Shown here: one piece after another, positions 53,601-59,304 of the stretch
How the letters are laid out: each line of letters starts with the position of its first letter
Position numbering within the stretch: position 1 is the first letter of the stretch
DNA from: Girardia tigrina
Lineage: Eukaryota
Direction of reading: 5' to 3'
DNA length: 59,304 nt
Assembly (NCBI GenBank): GCA_001938485.1
Contig: MQRK01238736.1
Span: forward strand, 101,680 to 160,983
Notes under the pieces: generated by a model
The model's database searches: none
The model's input: the letters and a program-made list of their open reading frames with translations, nothing else
Told to the model about the DNA's origin: nothing
Translations under genes and position numbers: made by a program

Positions 53601-54033
53601 TGTGATATTTCTGTATGTATTTTCGATTGGGTGGCCGGACGCGTCTCCCTCACTTCTCATTTATAAGTAGTAATGGGTTTGGAGCGCCTTCAAGTTCTGG
53701 AGGCCAGGACTGCCGAGTAGCCCCCAGCCGGCTCTGTGTCGATCGGAGACGATGTGTATAGTGTTAGTTTTCGGTTTCTCAACTCACTGTCAGAATTCAG
53801 ATCTTTACTTGCGATTCAATCTACAGATTTGGTGATTCCTTCATCCAAATATACTCTTACAGCGATTTTTGCTAGTGCTTCGGTTGTCATTCATGGTTTA
53901 TATTCAACTGTGTGTACATATCGTGTTCTGATTGCTGTTTAAATATATGTATTAAATCGCGAATGTATTCTACTTATTAATATATTTCCTTAAAATATCC
54001 TATGAATATTGTAACGAGTTAAAGACCGCAACA
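53601..54033. repeat. Possible solo LTR
   Basis: GC-richer block bounded by TGT...ACA; flanks TATG / TATC match only partly. Confidence 0.3.
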
Positions 54034-54525
54034 TATCTCTAATTTTATACATTCATGGATCTACTTCCTTTTTATTTTCTATTTAATTTTTAAAACATTT
54101 TCAAAATGTTATCCTTAGTTTCCTCTCAAAAGTATTTAATTTAATATTTTAAAATCTTTTTTTAAAATAATATTCCCTTATTTAATTTATGCAAAATGTT
54201 TTCAACAATATTTTTTAAACTCTAATTTTAATGAAATGTTTTAAATCGTACAATTATAAAATTTATTGAATTATCATTTTAAAATATTTTACATTTTAAA
54301 ATGTTTTAAATCAACCATCATTCTTATTTTTTCTCATGGACTATCCATCATTCTACCATTCGAAGCAGTATTGTTAATAATTTTGATTAGGGTTAGGAAT
54401 TTAGTATCAATGTTTTTAAGGTTAGGGAACTTAAAGTTATGGTTGTGATTTTATTAATTTAGAATACGAGGTTACGTTTAGAGTTATAGTTACTTTTTTA
54501 GTTTTATTACTTTTGATTAATTTAC

Positions 54526-54652
54526 CTTTATATATCCTTGGCTATCAATCAGAAGGTTTTCTGGTTTCAGGTCCCTGTAAATGAGGTCCAAATAGTGCAG
54601 ATATTCAAATGCCAAAACAATCTGTGCAGCATAAAATCTGGAATGAGGTTCA
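54526..54652 (-). CDS. PKA-C: PKA catalytic subunit exon, catalytic loop (127 bp)
   Basis: AG/GT bounded; [42 protein letters not shown] with the YRDLKPEN loop. Confidence 0.97.
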
Positions 54653-55099
54653 CTGAAAGACGAAGTTAAAGAATTTTTTTAATTAAATAAAGTGATAAAT
54701 ACACCAAAACATTTTCATAGTCAATAATATTTAATACTAATATAAACAAATAATATAATAATAGTAGGGATTGGTAATACTAATGTCATTTTAATAATTT
54801 ACAAAAAAAATATTTTTATTAATAATTTGATAATAAAACCAATTATTTTATTCAAAAAATGATGAAATACGAAAATAAAATTTTTTCTAATAATAGATAG
54901 AAAAGAAGTGAAGTTTGGTAATATTTCGATTTGATCGAAGACAATATTGCGAAATATCGACAATATGAGCATAAAATAAATTTTAATGAACTGACGAATA
55001 AAATATTATACTGACAAATGGTCTCAAATAACACGCAATAGGTGAAGATAAAATGGAAGTGAATATACTGCAAGCTTGTTTTATCAGTTAATTGGTTAT

Positions 55100-56910
55100 A
55101 AAATGTCTATCAACATTATATTTCCCAACCAAAATTGACGAAAACGCGTCACAAGTATCCAAAATTGGTGATTTATCTAAGGCGGCATTTACGGCTGGGT
55201 TGCCGTTCGAGTTGCAAATTGAGTTGAAACGAATGGGGAACTAACCGCTTGACGAAAAAAATTGACTGTAGCCGGAGTTATATAGGAATCAAGGGGTGTC
55301 TGTTCGATGGAAATATGTCGGCATTACAATATTGACATGAGGTCGATTATGAACTCCAAGGAGAATGATGAAAAACTGGGAAGATGCCATCAAGGGCGAT
55401 TGATGAGACAAGCGATGTGATATCGGTGTCAGTATCTGGGTCACATCATGAGATATTGTCAAATGAAAACGGTCAAGAGAGTTTGTAGGTGCCGGCTTTC
55501 TGCCAGGGAAATTGCGCGGTTACCGATGATGACGATCGGTGTTCATGGTCAGTTGTTGCTCACAATAGTGGTTACTAGATGTTTTAAAACTGTAGTACAT
55601 AGTAACGTTAATCTGTTCGAGGGGAAGCCGTATGCTCAGTTATGGAGAATATGTCATTTGGCCTATGAGTATTGATCGACACAGATGTTATTAAGGGTTG
55701 GGGGGTGTGAGAATCCAAGGCAGTTGGCTACGGAGGTAAGGCTGGAGAAAGCGGTATCGGGTGCGCAATTACTGAGGTTCTCCCAGTACGTATAAAAAAA
55801 CAAAACTACGAAATCGAAGTCAAGGATATCAAGGATTGTAAAAGTGGAAAATATGATTAGTTCCAAAATCGACATTATGTTTTTAGAGAAGATAAATCAA
55901 ATAACGCGGCCACGTTGGCGATCTTAGAGAACTGAAAGAGCACAAGATATTTAGTCGATCATGACGAGAAGAAAATGGGTAAGTTAATATGATCGATTCC
56001 TATATTCAGGATAATAGAGATAAATAAGGATAAAATACTTCCAGTTTTCGAATTTAGGAATTTAAATAAGTATTTCGATATTTATAGCGGCTCGGCCGAC
56101 ATTTCTTTGGATAAGTTACGAAGCTGACGTCACAGGGATTCTAAATTTTCCATGCTCGATTTGTCAGAGGCGTACATGAAGGTACTGGTTCACGAGGATA
56201 TGTGGCGCCATAAATCGTGTATTATTAATAATAAGTACGCTTTCACTAGAATGGAGGGGAGATTAAATATTGCATTTTCTGTCATGACTAAAATTGTCAG
56301 GTGGGTGAAGGGACTCTGATGTGAGAAATCGAGATCATGTTAATTCGTACATAGACGACATTTTTGTGAATGACAGTAGAATTTCCGTTGATGAGGTCAA
56401 AGGACTTTAAGAAAAAATTGGCCTAAGGTGCAATAAATTAGAAAGTATTACAGAAGATCATGAAGTGTGGGTGTTGTGAATGAGGGTCTGTAAAATAGGC
56501 CATTCCGTGAGACGGAAGAGGGATAATCGAATCAGGGAAGTGTCTGATACTGCATCCTTGTCTTGACGGAAATTATATTTGGTGTGTGGACAATTTGTCG
56601 ACATAGATCCTGTGGCGTGTTGGCTTCTTCCGGTTTGTTGATACTTGAAACGTCTCAGTGAAGGCAAATTGGAGGACAAATTGGGAGACATGATATTTGA
56701 AAAAAATCAAGTAGGTAATAAAAAGGGTGGAGGAAAGCGATCCGTGACAAGGGAATTGAATATAAATTGTGAATGAGGGGTTATATAGTTCGAAGCGAGC
56801 TCGATTGCAGTTGGTGTAGTGTTTGAGGATAAGAGTCATATAACCGAAAATGCGTAATGGTTGATAAAAGCAGATGATTTCAGATATATCAATAAGAATG
56901 AAATATAATT
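55100..56910 (+). pseudogene. Decayed LTR retrotransposon gag-protease-RT-RNase H, antisense in a PKA-C intron
   Basis: FTAGLPFELQIELK (gag), LPMMTIGVHGQ (protease), FSMLDLSEAYMKV and SYIDDIFV (RT), ASSIAVGVV and ADDFRYINKNE (RNase H). Confidence 0.8.
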
Positions 56911-57689
56911 TTTCGTCACTTCATAAAAAATAAACACTTTAGGGTACGTTTGGTTGCTCATCTTTTTGTTATTAATTTTTTGTATTACATTTAAAAACTA
57001 TGTTGTTTTAAGAAGATAAAACATGTTTAATATGAGAAATAAATGATTTATAAATGGGAAATCTTATATTTCTTCTCTTTTCAATTCAACATGTTTCGTA
57101 TTTAATTAGTTTGACTTGTAATTTAATTCTTTTTCAATTAAATCTAAATTTTCTTTGAATGTGTCTTCTCTGTAAATTCGGATTACCTTAGTAATTTGTA
57201 CTAGTTATTCATTGACTTGAAAGTTGACTTATTATTTAAATTTGATATTCTTTGTAAAGGATTTCACAAATTTTATAACAAATATGCATCAAAGAACATT
57301 TTTAATGTATTTTCTAGATAGTATAAACTCTCAAAGTTTTGACAAGAAGCATTTTATCCCCCGTATAAACAAAAAATATTATTATTAATGTCATTTAAAA
57401 CATAAAATAATTAGTTTTTCATGTTATTTACCAAAGTCAAATTATACCTCAGGTAATCAAATACACTCCCAATTACTCGTTTTGTATACTTTGCCTTGAT
57501 TATACTTTGCATCCTTTTAACTTTTGCTAATTATTATGAAACATGATCATGAATATAATATTTTTCCTATTTTTTGTCATTGTAGCATCTTTTTCATATT
57601 ATATCTCTTTATAATATATTTTAATATTATAAAAATATAAATTTAAAGATTATTTAAATTCCAAAATTAAAAAAAGACAACTGTAATTA

Positions 57690-57790
57690 TCTGTAATGCC
57701 CCACCCACCATACAGGCCAAATCTCGCCCTAAGTGAATTTCGCCTCTTACGACCACTGAATTAAGATTTGCGAGGAAAATTCTTCAATTT
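57690..57790 (+). pseudogene. Mariner transposase fragment
   Basis: MPHPPYRPNLALSEFRLLRPLN*DLRGKFF, cf. HPPYSPDLAPSDFHLF. Confidence 0.7.
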
Positions 57791-59304
57791 TGCAAGTAAT
57801 TTTCGGCATCATGTCGTGGATGTGCTGATTTCCTACCTAAAACCTTCTATAAAACGGGTCATAGTGATAATTTGGCGAAGCTTGAGATATAAAACTTGAC
57901 TAATTTCTTGTTTATTGTTATGGGTTGCTAATTTTTTGTCGACTCTTTGGGTGCATCAAGTATACTTAATTTTGTTTCATATTTCTTTGTCATAAAATAT
58001 GTAATGAAAAATGAAAATTTCTTACTATAGAATACTTCGTTACAAATTTTCGATTGGTTGATTCAGATGTGAAGCCAGTGAATTTTGAGTCGTGGATATA
58101 GTTGAAATACTGTCAGAGTTAATTACGTATAGTTTTGATTTAGTTGATTTTGTTTATGTATTTTTGATATTTAGAGGTGTACCTTAAACAGGTCTGCATG
58201 CCGTCAAAAATGTCGATAAAATCGTGAATGTTGGGTTCGTGATAACTCGTAGTTGAACAATCAAAAATAACATTTTTAAAACTTTTATTAAATAAAATCA
58301 AAATAGCATATTTTTGAAACAAGTTTTTTTGAATAAATTTCCAAGGAACACTTTTCATTTTTTTCTAGCACAAACCATTTATGCATAAAAATAATGAATT
58401 TTAAATATAGATAAATAATTAAATATTTCATTTTTTTAAATTTATTATTTAATTAAAAAGTTTTTACATCAAACCTTATTAAAGTTGTTATTTTAAATTA
58501 TTTCCAATTAAAAACCTATTTTTAATTTTGAACATTATTTTACATTTTTTTAAATTTGTAATCAAACTATTTTATTTAAAATTTTATTACGAATATTTCA
58601 TTCCAAACTTATTAAGTTTATTTTGATTTACAAAAGTCTTTAAAATTTAAATTGGGTTTGAATACATAAACAAACAAAGAAGTCTTGGTGTCGATTTTCC
58701 AAAGCATCGTACATGTGGATTGTCGAGCATTCGTGCTTACTGGAACAGATAGTTAGTTGGTTCACTCTGATTGGTTGGGCAATCATAACGAGTTAATAGT
58801 CATTTGACATACATAATTAAACTAGAAAAGAACTCGTCATGTATAATGGGAAAGCTAAATTTTCATACTTGAAGGTTCCTCTTTTATTCATAAATTTTTA
58901 ATACTAGAAGAAGAGCCGTCATATATGATGGGTGAGCTGAATTTTCGTCTTTGAAAGTTTCTGTTTTAATTTTTAAATCGTAATTATTATAATTTATTAT
59001 TTATTGTTCCGAATTTCTGTGTTGATTTAACAGTCAGTCAATTCAGTCGGCTGCCGGCGCCTTTCGGCGAAGGCGCTGTGCAACCAGAACCGCCTCAATG
59101 CGAGCTATGCATATTTACCTCAACTTTATGCGGATTCACTCCATGTTCCTACATTATTTCGCATTTTATCAGCATATACACTCAAGTGCAAAATAAATCG
59201 GGCACTTGGGTGTCTTTTAAAAAATCAATTATATCTGGCACAATTTGCGTTATCTGTGCGCCGTTTTTGTTCAGTTCATCTGCTGATATATTAAAAACTG
59301 TGTT

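Noticed and set aside
57800-58358. Possible viral or SF3 helicase fragment (VIFDC...IFDG)
   Set aside because: No Walker A motif seen; similarity too weak to call.

Overview
Very AT-rich eukaryotic (invertebrate animal-like) genomic DNA with assembly gaps and a high density of transposon debris. The clear host gene is a cAMP-dependent protein kinase catalytic subunit (PKA-C) on the minus strand. Its last five coding exons (54526-54652, 48957-49052, 39206-39328, 34927-35091, 32246-32371) are separated by TE-filled introns, and its 5' exons were not found in the window. The standout feature is a young, structurally complete 2,025-bp non-autonomous LTR retroelement (3644-5668). It has 165-bp TG..CA LTRs with 3 mismatches, a perfect GTGTT target-site duplication, a tRNA-Leu-type PBS and a PPT. 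In place of gag-pol it carries an intronless 439-aa ORF with a Boule/DAZ-family germline RRM, followed by a frameshifted Gypsy integrase C-terminal GPY remnant. Also present are mariner, Tc1, pogo/Tigger, hAT and Ginger-like elements and MITEs, decayed Gypsy-like gag/pol fragments, Penelope-like remnants with minimal hammerhead-ribozyme motifs and an inverted 3'-end duplication, and a candidate orphan four-transmembrane exon. All calls come from manual reading; no database searches were run.
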